From an uncultured delta proteobacterium (GTDB lineage: Bacteria; Myxococcota; Myxococcia; Myxococcales; Myxococcaceae): DNA of 64,000 nucleotides. The stretch covers positions 768,001-832,000 of the forward strand of contig CAWCKH010000004.1 of the NCBI GenBank assembly GCA_963796055.1, written 5' to 3'. Below, in pieces: positions 1 through 9,826 of the stretch. Each line of letters begins with the position of its first letter. The stretch's first letter is position 1. The translations under genes were made by a program, and so were the position numbers. The notes beneath the pieces are model-generated. The model searched no databases and was not told the DNA's origin. It saw only the letters and a list, made by a program, of their open reading frames with translations.

Positions 1-1111
1 CGTTCCGGACGATGTACACGACGTCGTTGTAGTCCGGCCCCACGGAGACCGGCGCCTCCTCGGTGGTCACGATGTACGCGTGCGGATCGAGCGATCCGTC
101 GGGGTTCTTGTACGGATACACCCGGACGTGGTGCTTGCCGCCGCTGCCCGGGTCCCAGGTGTTCAGCGCGTCTTCCTGGTACACGACGTACTGCCCGATG
201 CCCTGTTTCGGGGTCTCCCAGAAGGGCCACTCGTCCCAGAAGCCGAAGGCGTTCGAGCCCGGGTCGAAGCTGAGCGCGCCCCCGTTCTCGACCGGGGGAT
301 CCAGCGCGAACGCGTTGGCCTGGGCGATGCGGAAGAGCTCGGTCCGTGACGCGTTGCCCGAGACGTACCAGCCGTTGATGCTCACCGGCTCCCAGGTCGG
401 CCCATAGGAGGCGAGCAGCTGCAACGTGACCGGGCCGTCGCCCGCCTTCACGAAGGACTGGATACCGATCTCGTCACCGGCGATGGGGACAGGCGGGAGG
501 TCCTTCTTGCTCGGGTCCGGATTCCCGGCGTTCACCGGGATGTTGTGCACGTCGAAGATCCACTGGAGCGACGGCTCGTTACTCGCCGGAATGGCGAGCC
601 CACCCAGCGGGACGTTCGTGGTCCCGCCCGAGCTGGCGGCGTCGAGCGACGCCTGCGAGACCCCGGCCGTCCCGTTGAAGCTCACGGTCAGAGTGACCGA
701 GGCGCCCGCGGCGAGGTCCATCGGAACGGTCGCGCCCGAGACCGAGAAGGCCCCCGCTCCGTTGCCCGAGACGTGCAGGCTCTGCAAGCTCACCGTGCTC
801 CCGCTCGTGTTCTGCAGGGTGAGCTGGGCCGTCTTGGCCGCGCCCGGCGTGGTGCCGATCACGATCCGATCCGGATTCGCGCTCAACGGCGACGCGGTCG
901 GCCCGCCATCGGGCGTGCCGCCATCGGGCGTGCCGCCATCGGGCGTGCCACCGTCCGGGACGCACGATGCTCCCGTGCAGCCCCCGTCCCCCGGCCCTCC
1001 GTCGGGCGGCGGATTGTTTCCACCGTCACCGCCCGTGCCTCCACCGGTGTCGCCGCAGCTCACCGCCAGCCCGAGGGCCACCACCACACCCACCATCCAC
1101 GCCCGCTTCAT
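1..1111 (-). CDS. Exported lipoprotein with PDGGT repeats and an Ig-like (choice-of-anchor-D-like) domain; 3' end lies beyond the window edge
   Basis: Not in the ORF track because no stop is in the window. The ATG at 1111 overlaps the stop of the upstream gene (ATGA). Translation MKRAWMVGVVVALGLAVSC (lipobox)...PDGGTPDGGTPDGG...AQLTLQNTSGSTVSL...DYNDVVYIVRN stays open to position 1. Confidence 0.8.
   Translation of the reverse strand, partial: MKRAWMVGVVVALGLAVSCGDTGGGTGGDGGNNPPPDGGPGDGGCTGASCVPDGGTPDGGTPDGGTPDGGPTASPLSANPDRIVIGTTPGAAKTAQLTLQNTSGSTVSLQSLHVSGNGAGAFSVSGATVPMDLAAGASVTLTVSFNGTAGVSQASLDAASSGGTTNVPLGGLAIPASNEPSLQWIFDVHNIPVNAGNPDPSKKDLPPVPIAGDEIGIQSFVKAGDGPVTLQLLASYGPTWEPVSINGWYVSGNASRTELFRIAQANAFALDPPVENGGALSFDPGSNAFGFWDEWPFWETPKQGIGQYVVYQEDALNTWDPGSGGKHHVRVYPYKNPDGSLDPHAYIVTTEEAPVSVGPDYNDVVYIVRN
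903..958. repeat. 15-bp tandem repeat (ccgccatcgggcgtg x3 plus a degenerate copy) encoding PDGGT
   Basis: Units read directly at 903-917, 918-932 and 933-947. Confidence 0.9.
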
Positions 1112-3078
1112 GGCGACCCTCCGTCAGCCGTTCCCCCGTCCGGTCGGAGCAAGATGATCGCCCCCCCGTCCGCGCCACCTTGCACCAGCTGCGCCACGTA
1201 CAGATTCCCCGTGTTCACGTCCTCGGCGATGTCCACCGGATCGCTGAGACCCGAAGCCACCTGGAGGACCCCGGTCCGGTCGATCGGCCCTCCATCCGGA
1301 GGAATGGGCAACGCGAGAATGTCGTCTCCCGCACTGTACTCGACGACGAACAGGTACCCCTTCAGCGCTCCGCCGAACGCCGGGCCCTTGCTCTCCAGCG
1401 CTCCGTCCGGCGAGCGGTTCCGGCTGAAGTCGTAGATCGAGCCCTTCCAGTTGATGTCCGGGAGCGTGCCCACCGGGTATCCGACGCCCCCGTCGAAGGG
1501 AACGACCTCGTCGGGGTCGATTCCGGCGGTCGGGTTGCCGCCGTTCAGAACGTACTGGCCCCGGGTGGGATTCGGATGGCCGTAGTAGCCGCCCTTCACC
1601 ACGTCGAAGAGGAAGTCGTCCTGGGTGGGGATGCTGAATAGCGGCGGAACCGCGGGCAGCACGCCGGGCGGAGTGCCGGGGGTGTTCGCGCCGGCCGCCG
1701 TCCCGTTTCCGGGGGCGTAGAGGTGGCCGTTGCTGTGCCAGACCAGGTCATAAGCATTGCGGATGCCCTCGCCGTAGAGCGTGACCGGCGCGCCCGGCGC
1801 GCGTGGGTCGTAGATGCCGCCATCCCACGGGGGCAGCGGGGGCCCGAGGACCGGAGGGGGGCCCGCGTCGTCTCCGCCGTCCACCCCGCCATCCACCCCG
1901 CCATCCACCCCGCCATCCGGAGGAAACTCGGGCGGCGGGGGCGGCTGGGTCTGCACGTTGATGGGCTCCGTCAGGAGGGTCAGGTCGATGCGCAAGAGGG
2001 CCGAGGACAGGAGACGCTCGCTGCGGTTGTACCAGGTGGGGTCCTGCGCTCCCGAGCCGGTGGTGCTCCCCTGGGTGACGTAGAGCGCTCCGTCCGGCCC
2101 GAAGGCGAGGCTGTTCGTCATGTGGTCCTTCGCCGAGCGGGGAAGGCCACTGACCATGTCCACCCAGGTGGCGACGAAGCCGGGCTGGAGCGGATCGATC
2201 GTCACCTTCGTGACCGTCCCGGTCCAGTCCGGCGCAGGCTGGATGTAGACCGGCGCGTTGGTGGTGACCCAGAAGACGTTCGGGTCGTCGGGCTGGAAGA
2301 CGATGCCGATCAGCGTCCGCCCCGCGAGATCGGCCCACTGCTCCTCGTTGATGAGCGACCCGTCCGGAGCCACGGTCCAGCGGCGCACGATGCCGAGCAG
2401 GTCCGTGCCGTAGAGCCTTCCGTCCGGCCCGAAGACCAGGCTGTCGATGGGCGTCCCGTTCCACACTGGCGGGTCGGTGACGTCGTAGTGGTAGCGCGGG
2501 TCGATCTTGAGGTTGGTGAAGTCGCCGGTGGAGAAGCTGCTGGTGAAGGGGATGAAGGAGTGGCCGCCCTGGTCCGTCACGCGGTCCGAGAGCTGGAAGA
2601 CATAGCCGGTGAGCGCGCCGAGGACTATGCGCGGCTGGAGCACGATCGCGTCACCGCCGCCGGTGGTGTTCACCGTGGCCTCGATCGGCATCAGGTCCGA
2701 GGCCCGGAGCAGCCGGACGTTGTCCGAGGTGAGGGTGGTCTCGTCCACGCCCTGCCCGACGTTGGGCAGGTTCACGTCGACCTTCACCGCGGTGTCACGA
2801 CCCACGAAGGTGTAGCCGTCCGGCGGGTCGATGGCCCGGACCGAGGGGTGCAGCTCTACCGGTCCGGAGTCCGGGATGCCGGAGTCGACCTCTCCTCCGT
2901 CCCCGCCGTCCGTCCCGCCGTCGGGACAGGTCACCAGGAAGCCGCACTCGACGCCGCCGTCGGGCTGCGTCCCGCCATCGGGCCCCCCGCCGCTCACCCC
3001 GTCGCTGCAGGCGACCGCCCCGACGAGGGCCGTCACCGCCGCCGCCGCCGCCACCCACCACCGCACAGCACTCCTCAT
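1108..3078 (-). CDS. Lipoprotein with a bacterial Ig-like domain and a glucose/sorbosone dehydrogenase-like beta-propeller
   Basis: Signal MRSAVRWW...GAVAC. Ig-like segment with Y-x-F-x-L...VTDQGG. GSDH-type motifs HMTNSLAFGPDGALYVTQG, GIRNAYDLVW, GGYYGHP. Start moved from 3150 to the ATG at 3078. Confidence 0.8.
   Translation of the reverse strand: MRSAVRWWVAAAAAVTALVGAVACSDGVSGGGPDGGTQPDGGVECGFLVTCPDGGTDGGDGGEVDSGIPDSGPVELHPSVRAIDPPDGYTFVGRDTAVKVDVNLPNVGQGVDETTLTSDNVRLLRASDLMPIEATVNTTGGGDAIVLQPRIVLGALTGYVFQLSDRVTDQGGHSFIPFTSSFSTGDFTNLKIDPRYHYDVTDPPVWNGTPIDSLVFGPDGRLYGTDLLGIVRRWTVAPDGSLINEEQWADLAGRTLIGIVFQPDDPNVFWVTTNAPVYIQPAPDWTGTVTKVTIDPLQPGFVATWVDMVSGLPRSAKDHMTNSLAFGPDGALYVTQGSTTGSGAQDPTWYNRSERLLSSALLRIDLTLLTEPINVQTQPPPPPEFPPDGGVDGGVDGGVDGGDDAGPPPVLGPPLPPWDGGIYDPRAPGAPVTLYGEGIRNAYDLVWHSNGHLYAPGNGTAAGANTPGTPPGVLPAVPPLFSIPTQDDFLFDVVKGGYYGHPNPTRGQYVLNGGNPTAGIDPDEVVPFDGGVGYPVGTLPDINWKGSIYDFSRNRSPDGALESKGPAFGGALKGYLFVVEYSAGDDILALPIPPDGGPIDRTGVLQVASGLSDPVDIAEDVNTGNLYVAQLVQGGADGGAIILLRPDGGTADGGSP
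1874..1920. repeat. 12-bp tandem repeat (ccgccatccacc) encoding DGGV units
   Basis: About 4 units visible. The protein reads PDGGVDGGVDGGVDGG. Confidence 0.85.
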
Positions 3079-3237
3079 GTCTGTCGTTGTCCGTCCCGCC
3101 TGCGCGCAGGCGTAGCTGCCGGCCAGGCTCCCAGGTGAAATGCGCCGCAACTTGGGGTTGGTAAGGGGGCCCGGGAACCCCCGATTGTCCGCGGTCTGTT
3201 CACCCCTGGCGGGGCAGACGCGACCCGAGGGCGATTA

Positions 3238-4776
3238 ATGTCGGGGCAGGCCATGCCCCGGTCGGTCCCCATCGAGCTGCTGAGCTTCCGGCGCACCTTC
3301 GCCCTGCTGATGGTGCTGGTGGCGGTGCCGTCGGCGGGGCTCACCGGGCTGGGGGTGGTGGCGATCCTCAACGAGCGCGCGGCGGTGGAGAAGCGCCTGG
3401 CCCTGGTGTGGCAGGACCGGCTCGACACCCTGAGCACCCGGTTCCGCCAGGCGCTGGAGGCGAGCACCGTGACCCAGGTCGACGGCGGCCTCAGGGTCAC
3501 GGCGCCCTCGGGCCAGCTTCTGTCGGGCGCGGGGTTCCGGCTGTCCCGCGACGTGCTCGAATCACCGGACTCCGACCTGGTGGCCGCGCTCACCCCGCTC
3601 CGGAGCCAGCTGGCGTTCCTCCCCGAGCGACCCAGCTTCCAGAGCATTGCCGGGCCCCAGGGGCCGTTGCTGATCGTGGCCCTCCGGACGCCCGACGGCG
3701 TGCTGGGAGCGCAGCTCTCGCAGGCTGCGCTGGAGCAGCTCCTCGCGAGCAGCGCCCAGGACCTGAAGGGCAAGGGCGAGCAGGTCCGCTTCGAGCTCAC
3801 CGCGGTGCAGCCGGCCCGACCGGGGCTGGTGGGCAAGTTCGTGGGCGGAGTGCCCGGGGCGAAGAACGCGCTGGAGGTGAGCCCGCTCGCCGAGCGGCCA
3901 CTGCCTCCGCCCCTTCAAGAATTCCAGCTGCGCGCCATGCCCGAGGCGGGCGATCCAGTCGCGTTCGCCTCGTTGCGCAACCGGCTGGTCTACGCCGGGC
4001 TGCTCGGTGCGTTCTACGCCACCCTGGTGGTGGGGGTGATCTACACCGCGCGCGCTCTCTATCTCCAGGCCCGGCTGTCCCGCCTGAAGACAGACTTCGT
4101 GAGCCTGGTGAGCCACGAGCTGCGTACCCCGCTCACCTCCATCCGGATGTTCATCGAGACCCTGGCGCTCGGCCGGGTGAAGGAGCCCCAGCAGACGCAG
4201 GAGGTGCTGGAGCTGCTCCAGAAGGAGACCGAGCGGCTCTCGGCGATGATCGAGCGGGTGCTCGACTGGGCGCGACTCGAGTCCGGGCGGCAGCGCTACC
4301 GCAAGGAGCGCCTCACCCCGAGGGAGATCATCGACGCCTCGCTCGACGCCTTCCGCGCGCAGCGGCTGGACAGCCAGGTCCAGCTCCGCTGCGAGGTGCC
4401 CGAGGCGCTCCCGGCGCTGGAGGGGGACCGCGAGGCGCTGGCGGGCGCGCTGCTCAATCTCCTCCACAACGCCTACAAGTACTCGGGCGCCGAGAAGCGC
4501 ATCGAGCTGCGGGCCGAGGTGCGGAACGGGGGGGTGGACATCCAGGTCGAGGACCACGGAGTGGGCATCGCCAAGCGTGACCGGAAGCGGGTGTTCGATC
4601 GCTTCTACCGGGTGGACAATCTCCTGACCCGCCAGACCGAGGGCTCGGGGCTCGGCCTCTCCATCAGCCGGCGCATCGTCGAGGCCCACGGGGGCAGGCT
4701 CACGCTGACCAGCGAGCTGGGCAAGGGCAGCACCTTCACCATCCACCTCCCGGCGGCGAAGGAGGCGCGGGCGTGA
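3238..4776 (+). CDS. Membrane sensor histidine kinase (HisKA + HATPase_c)
   Basis: Two TM segments. H-box [14 protein letters not shown]-box NLLHNAYKY, G1 DHGVGI, G2 GSGLGL. Alternative start at ATG 3253. Confidence 0.95.
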   Translation: MSGQAMPRSVPIELLSFRRTFALLMVLVAVPSAGLTGLGVVAILNERAAVEKRLALVWQDRLDTLSTRFRQALEASTVTQVDGGLRVTAPSGQLLSGAGFRLSRDVLESPDSDLVAALTPLRSQLAFLPERPSFQSIAGPQGPLLIVALRTPDGVLGAQLSQAALEQLLASSAQDLKGKGEQVRFELTAVQPARPGLVGKFVGGVPGAKNALEVSPLAERPLPPPLQEFQLRAMPEAGDPVAFASLRNRLVYAGLLGAFYATLVVGVIYTARALYLQARLSRLKTDFVSLVSHELRTPLTSIRMFIETLALGRVKEPQQTQEVLELLQKETERLSAMIERVLDWARLESGRQRYRKERLTPREIIDASLDAFRAQRLDSQVQLRCEVPEALPALEGDREALAGALLNLLHNAYKYSGAEKRIELRAEVRNGGVDIQVEDHGVGIAKRDRKRVFDRFYRVDNLLTRQTEGSGLGLSISRRIVEAHGGRLTLTSELGKGSTFTIHLPAAKEARA

Positions 4777-5468
4777 GCCAGGAGAAGCCGCGCGTGCTGG
4801 TGGTGGAGGACGACCTCTCCATCCTCACCGGCGTGTCGATGAACCTCCGCTTCGAGGGCTACGAGGTGCTCCAGGCCCAGGACGGGGCGCGGGGCCTGGA
4901 GATGGCGGTCCGCGAGGCGCCGGACCTCATCGTGCTCGATCTGATGATGCCCCGGCTCAACGGCTACGAGGTGCTTCGCGAGCTGCGGTCGCGCGGGGTC
5001 CGCACCCCGGTGCTGGTCCTCTCGGCGAAGGGCATGGAGCGCGACAAGGTGCTGGGCCTCGACCTGGGGGCGGACGACTACGTGGTGAAGCCGTTCGGAG
5101 TCGCCGAGCTGGTGGCCCGGGTGAAGGCGGTGCTCCGGCGGCGCTGGGGTGACGACGGCGAGGTGGTGCGCTTCGGGGACGTGGCGGTGAGCCTGGGCAC
5201 CCGGCAGGTGACGCGGGCCGAGGCCCCGGTGGACCTGACGGCGCAGGAGTTCAAGCTGCTGGCGCACCTGGTCTCGAATCCCGGACGGACCTTCTCCCGG
5301 GAGGAGCTGCTCACCGGCGCCTGGGGCATCGACTACGACGGAACCCCGCGGACAGTGGACACTTTCGTTCGCCAGCTCCGGCAGAAGCTCGAGCCCGATC
5401 CGGAGGCGCCCCGCTACATCCTGACCGCGCGGGGCCTGGGCTACCGGTTCCAGCGCCACCCAGGCTGA
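4773..5468 (+). CDS. OmpR/PhoB-family response regulator
   Basis: REC motifs VLVVEDD, LDLMMP and KPF, plus a winged-helix C-terminus (RTVDTFVRQLRQKLE, RGLGYRF). GTGA overlap with the kinase. Confidence 0.95.
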   Translation: MSQEKPRVLVVEDDLSILTGVSMNLRFEGYEVLQAQDGARGLEMAVREAPDLIVLDLMMPRLNGYEVLRELRSRGVRTPVLVLSAKGMERDKVLGLDLGADDYVVKPFGVAELVARVKAVLRRRWGDDGEVVRFGDVAVSLGTRQVTRAEAPVDLTAQEFKLLAHLVSNPGRTFSREELLTGAWGIDYDGTPRTVDTFVRQLRQKLEPDPEAPRYILTARGLGYRFQRHPG

Positions 5469-5525
5469 CGCCACCGCGGGGCGGCAGGGAAGATCCGCCC
5501 TCCGCGACCGACTCTCCCTGGGGAC

Positions 5526-6143
5526 ATGAGACCGGACCTCGCACTCCACACGGATGCCTTGACCGTCGTTCGAGCACGGTGGCACCGTCACACCATTCCG
5601 GCGCCGTCGAAGTCCCGCAGTCCAACGACAGTGGATCCCACCTTGCGGGCGGCCGTCGTCGCGCTCCGGCCCGTCCTGCTCGTCCTGGCGCGGCGGATGT
5701 GTGCGTCCGAGGCAGATGCCGCCGACGTGGTGCACGACGCCCTGGAGAGCGCGCTGCAGGCGGGCGACCGGCTGAAGGCCGTGGAAAATCTACAGGCCTG
5801 GCTGGTGACCATCCTGCACCGACGGATGATCGACCTGTTCCGCAAGCGTGAGCGCGAGCAGCTGGGCGATCCGCCCGAGGCGCCGGCGACGACGCAGGAG
5901 ATGCCGGCGGTGGACGCGCCGCGGTGGATGGAGATCGACGGCGCGCAGCTCCGGGCGGCGGTGGAGCGGCTTGAGCCCGAGTTCCGCGAGGTGTTCACCC
6001 TGCACGCCTTCGAGCGCCGCTCGTACCGGGACATCGCCGCCGCGCTCGACATTCCACAGAACACGGTCGGAACGCGCCTTCTCCGGGCGCGCCGGAAGCT
6101 CCGGGTGCTGCTGCTGGGCGGCCCGGGGGAGGTGGGGACATGA
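5526..6143 (+). CDS. ECF RNA polymerase sigma factor (sigma-70 group 4)
   Basis: Region 2 DAADVVHDAL...AWLVTILHRRMID and region 4 SYRDIAAALDIPQNTVGTRLLRAR. The true start may be GTG at 5631. Confidence 0.9.
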   Translation: MRPDLALHTDALTVVRARWHRHTIPAPSKSRSPTTVDPTLRAAVVALRPVLLVLARRMCASEADAADVVHDALESALQAGDRLKAVENLQAWLVTILHRRMIDLFRKREREQLGDPPEAPATTQEMPAVDAPRWMEIDGAQLRAAVERLEPEFREVFTLHAFERRSYRDIAAALDIPQNTVGTRLLRARRKLRVLLLGGPGEVGT

Positions 6144-9031
6144 CGCCCGAGGACCACAGCGGGGGCCCCGTGCACTGCGACCAGCTGGGGCCGTTCGTGG
6201 ACGGCGAGCTGGACGCGCAGGAGGCGGTGGCGTTCCGCCGGCACCTCCTGGTGTGCGCTCGGTGCCAGCAGGAAATGCACGGGCTGATGCAGCTGTCCGC
6301 CCTGGCCGAGCAGGCGCGGGAGCAGCGTCCGGTGGCGCAGCCCGACCTCGCGCCGGTTCTGGTGGCCGCGGCGGACCGGCGCGCCCGACCGCGCCGCGCG
6401 GCATGGGTGGGCGTGGTGGGCGCGGTGGCGCTTGCGGCGGCGGTGGTGCTGGCGCTCCGGGTCAACGCCTCCCGATCCGATCTCCCCACCCTGCTCGCCT
6501 CTCTCGATGCACGCCGGACCTCGGGGTGGCCGAGCTATGCCGGGCCCCGCGAGTACCGCCCGTACGTGGTCCAGCGTGGGACCGCTGCCTCCGCGCCCCT
6601 CAAGGGGCTGGCCCGGCTCGAGGAGGAGGGCAACTGGCAGGCGCTCGGGACGGCCGCGCTGGTACGGGGCGAGTACGCGCAAGCGCTGAGCTACCTCCAG
6701 CGCGCGCCGCGGAACGTCGCCGCGCTCAACGACCTCGGCCTCGCGCTGATGGACAGCGGAAAGCTCGAGGCGGCGCTCGAGGCCTACGACCAGGCGCGAG
6801 AGCTGGACCCGACCTTCGCGCCGGTGGAGTTCAATCGCGCTCTGGCGCTGGAGCGGCTGGGGCTGCCGCGCGCCGGGCTCGACACGATTCGCGAGGCGAG
6901 CCTTCGCGCGAAAGGGGGCTGGAAGGACGAGGCGGTCCGGATCGCATCCTCCCTGCAGTCCACGGTGGATGCGCGGACAGCCGAGTCCGCGCGGGTGGAG
7001 CAGGCCAGGGAGGCGATGCTCGAGGGACGGATGCCCGAGCCGACGCTGGTCCGGGCCGTCCCGGGGATCTTCCGTTCCCAGTTTTACGTCGCGCTGGCGC
7101 TCGCCCCGGATCGGGCCGCCGTGGAACAGCTCCTTCCCCTGGCCCGGGAGCTGGACGGGAGCTCCGGAACCGGGCGCCTCCAGCGCTGGGTGGCGGACAC
7201 CGCCGCCAGGGCCTCTTCCCGGCGCGCGCAGCTTGCCGTGCGTCTGCGGCCGCTCGTCACCCGCTCCACGCTCGAGCAGCGGCAGCCGCTCGCGGCCGAG
7301 GCCCGCGCCGCCGGGCAGGAGGACCAGCTGCTCTTCGTCCTCTCCCGCGATTTCTTCTCCCGGGAGGAGAACCCGGCGTACGCCGAGCTGGTGCAGCGCC
7401 TGCACGACCCTTACTGGGACGTGCGCCTGGTGGAGTACCACGCCTGGGTGGAGCGGAAGAGCGGGCGGCTGAGCGCGTCGGAGCGGTTCGCCCGGAGCGT
7501 GATCGACGGCCCGTGTCGTGACCCCACGCTCTCCGCGGTCTGCGCCGACACCGCGCTGGGGCTCGCCCTCACCTACGCCCATGCCGGCCGCCCAGCCGAT
7601 GCGCAGCGGGCCTTCGAGACCCTCCGCGGCCTCGCGGTGCGCGCCCCGCATCCACGGAGGGACTACGGTGTCTTGCTCCTCGCCGGCGCGAACAGCGCGG
7701 ATGCCGACCGGGTGGGGCTGGCCCGCGGCGAGTTCGACGAGGCCGCCCATCTGCCCAGCGAGACCTGCGAAGAAGCCCAGTACGGCCACATCTCGCTCGC
7801 TCAGGCGTACCTTCGCCGCGGAGATGCGGTGAGCACCCGGGCGGTGCTCGAGGCGGCCCCGCGCTGCGAGGAGGGGAACCGCCTGGAGCAAGCGGAGGTG
7901 CGGACCGATCTGGCGGTCCTCACCACCACGTCCCAGGACCGGGCGGCTGCCGTCGAGCGGATCCGGAAGGCCTCGGCGGCAGCCACGACGCCGGTCGACC
8001 GGCTGGTGCTGGACGCGCTCCGGCTGATGCTCGACGCAGAGGACGGTCGGCCGGACACGCGGGCGCGTCTTGCCGAGCTCCAGCGCGGGTCGAGGGACGT
8101 CGCCGGCGCGGAGGACCAGGTGGCGCGGGCCGGGCGGACCGTGGCGCTCCAGCTGATCCGCGAGTCCCGGTACCAGGATGCGCTCGAGGTCGCCGCGACG
8201 ATGCTCGACACCGCCGCCCCGGACCGCTGCGCCCTGGCGGTCGTGGCCGATGCTCGGCGGGTGGGGCTGGTGTGGACCACCCCGGACAGCGGCGTCCACG
8301 GCCAGGTCCGCCTCCGTTCGGACCCGGGGGCTCCTGGGGGCGATCCCACCTGCGCCGCCGTCACCGTCCTCGCCCCCACGGGGCTGCTCGATCTCGCTCG
8401 CTGGCTCCCCGCCGACCAGGCCTGGAGCCTCCGGGTGGGGCCGTCCCGGCCGGAGGGTCCGATGCGGTTCCAGGATCGGCTCCTGGTGCGCGGGGCGCTG
8501 GCCCCCGCGGACCTCGACCTGCCCCCGCTGAGCCGGGAGAGTGCCGTCCGCGCGGGTTGGAAGGTCGTGGAGGGGGCCGACGCCACTCCGTCGCGGGTGC
8601 TGGAGCAGCTGGAGAGCGCCGACCTGGTCGACTTCGAGGTGCACGGGCTGGTGGACGCCTCGGCTCCGGACGGGGCCGTCCTCGTGCTCAGTCCGGATTC
8701 GCAGGGCAACTATGCGATCTCGGCGACGGACATCCGGCAGCTGCGGCTCGCGCGCGGACCAGTGGTTCTCCTCGGGGCCTGCCGCTCCGCGACCGGCTCG
8801 CACTACAGGGATGTCACGTGGACCCTGCCCCAGGCCTTTGTTCGCGCCGGGGCTCGCGCCGTGTACGCCTCCGTGGCAGAGTTGCCCGACGATCGCGTCG
8901 GCGACTTCCTCGCCGGCGTCGCCCGGCGGCTGGAACGGGGGGTTGCACCGAGCGTGGCGCTCCGCGACGAGCGGGTCGAGTGGTTGCGGCGGGGCGAGGG
9001 CTGGGCACGGGACGTCGTGCTGTTCGACTAG
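6140..9031 (+). CDS. Anti-sigma zinc finger (zf-HC2) - TM - TPR - CHAT (caspase-like) domain protein
   Basis: N-terminal DGEL...HLLVCARC (HxxxCxxC). One TM helix (WVGVVGAVALAAAVVLAL). TPR motifs (ALNDLGLAL, FNRALALERLG). C-terminal CHAT-type His (FEVHGL) and Cys (VLLGACRS) motifs, followed by LPQAFVRAGARAV. ATGA overlap with the sigma gene. Confidence 0.85.
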   Translation: MTPEDHSGGPVHCDQLGPFVDGELDAQEAVAFRRHLLVCARCQQEMHGLMQLSALAEQAREQRPVAQPDLAPVLVAAADRRARPRRAAWVGVVGAVALAAAVVLALRVNASRSDLPTLLASLDARRTSGWPSYAGPREYRPYVVQRGTAASAPLKGLARLEEEGNWQALGTAALVRGEYAQALSYLQRAPRNVAALNDLGLALMDSGKLEAALEAYDQARELDPTFAPVEFNRALALERLGLPRAGLDTIREASLRAKGGWKDEAVRIASSLQSTVDARTAESARVEQAREAMLEGRMPEPTLVRAVPGIFRSQFYVALALAPDRAAVEQLLPLARELDGSSGTGRLQRWVADTAARASSRRAQLAVRLRPLVTRSTLEQRQPLAAEARAAGQEDQLLFVLSRDFFSREENPAYAELVQRLHDPYWDVRLVEYHAWVERKSGRLSASERFARSVIDGPCRDPTLSAVCADTALGLALTYAHAGRPADAQRAFETLRGLAVRAPHPRRDYGVLLLAGANSADADRVGLARGEFDEAAHLPSETCEEAQYGHISLAQAYLRRGDAVSTRAVLEAAPRCEEGNRLEQAEVRTDLAVLTTTSQDRAAAVERIRKASAAATTPVDRLVLDALRLMLDAEDGRPDTRARLAELQRGSRDVAGAEDQVARAGRTVALQLIRESRYQDALEVAATMLDTAAPDRCALAVVADARRVGLVWTTPDSGVHGQVRLRSDPGAPGGDPTCAAVTVLAPTGLLDLARWLPADQAWSLRVGPSRPEGPMRFQDRLLVRGALAPADLDLPPLSRESAVRAGWKVVEGADATPSRVLEQLESADLVDFEVHGLVDASAPDGAVLVLSPDSQGNYAISATDIRQLRLARGPVVLLGACRSATGSHYRDVTWTLPQAFVRAGARAVYASVAELPDDRVGDFLAGVARRLERGVAPSVALRDERVEWLRRGEGWARDVVLFD

Positions 9032-9041
9032 GGGGAAGCCG

Positions 9042-9826
9042 ATGAGAACGCATCGCTGGATCTTCGCAGTCCCGGTGGTCTGCGCGCTGACGGCCTGCCA
9101 GCACTGGGACTGGCATCAGCCGCCGCGGGGCGTGCCGGAGCAAGACGACTGCAAGCAGTACTCGGTGAAGGAGTCGATCTCGTTCTACGAGCAGTTCCTT
9201 CCGCCGCGCGGCTACTACCAGGTCTACGCCCTCGCGGAGCCGCCCGACGAGACGACGGAACCAACAAGGCTGCCCTACTCCTTCATCGTCTTCCGGGTCC
9301 GGGATGCGCGCTTCCCCGATCGGAAGGACCCGGTCGTCGAGCGCATCATCGGCCCCGTTCGCACCAAGGAGGAGTGGACGGACCTGTTCTCGGTCTTCCG
9401 CCGCTACGCCTCGTCCCCCCCGCCGGGTACTACTGCTGGCAGAACGACTGCCGGGGGAAGTACAGCCCGGCAGGTGATCCGGATCCCCGCGATCCCTACC
9501 CGCCGGAGATCCCCGACCACGCGGGGATCACGGTGCCCAGCGGACTCGGGACCACCCCCGTTCCACAAGGTGCCTATGGCCTTCGCGGTGGTCCAGCGCG
9601 GAGTCAGGGGACCGGAGGATCCGGTTTCGAGCCCGGGACCGGGGGAGCCGGATGCAACTTCGTCCCCCGCGACAAGACCGTGCTCACCGCCGAGCTTCTC
9701 GAGAAGCTCCGGGCGAGCGCCAGCCGGGTGGGCCAGGCGCTGGAGGACGTCCCGGAGGTGCCCGGTTGGCAGAAGCCTCCGCCGGTGCCTGAAGACAAGT
9801 CTGCGCAGCCGCCTGGAAGCAAGTGA
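9042..9826 (+). pseudogene. Predicted lipoprotein, Pro/Gly-rich and Cys-containing, split by a frameshift at the C7 run 9415-9421 (pseudogene or sequencing error)
   Basis: ATG 9042 gives MRTHRWIFAVPVVCALTAC (lipobox). Coding-like codon usage shifts after tcgtcccccccgccggg into the frame of ORF 9374-9826 (GYYCWQNDCRGKYSP...PPGSK*). Confidence 0.65.

Noticed and set aside
5588..8803. Long antisense ORFs (also 13758-16103, 37810-40308, 60061-63387 and many others)
   Set aside because: Shadow ORFs expected from high GC3 opposite well-supported genes, with no recognisable motifs.
6140..9031. CHAT protease as part of a CRISPR type III-E (Craspase) system
   Set aside because: No cas genes or array in the window, and the protein is membrane-anchored and fused to an anti-sigma domain.
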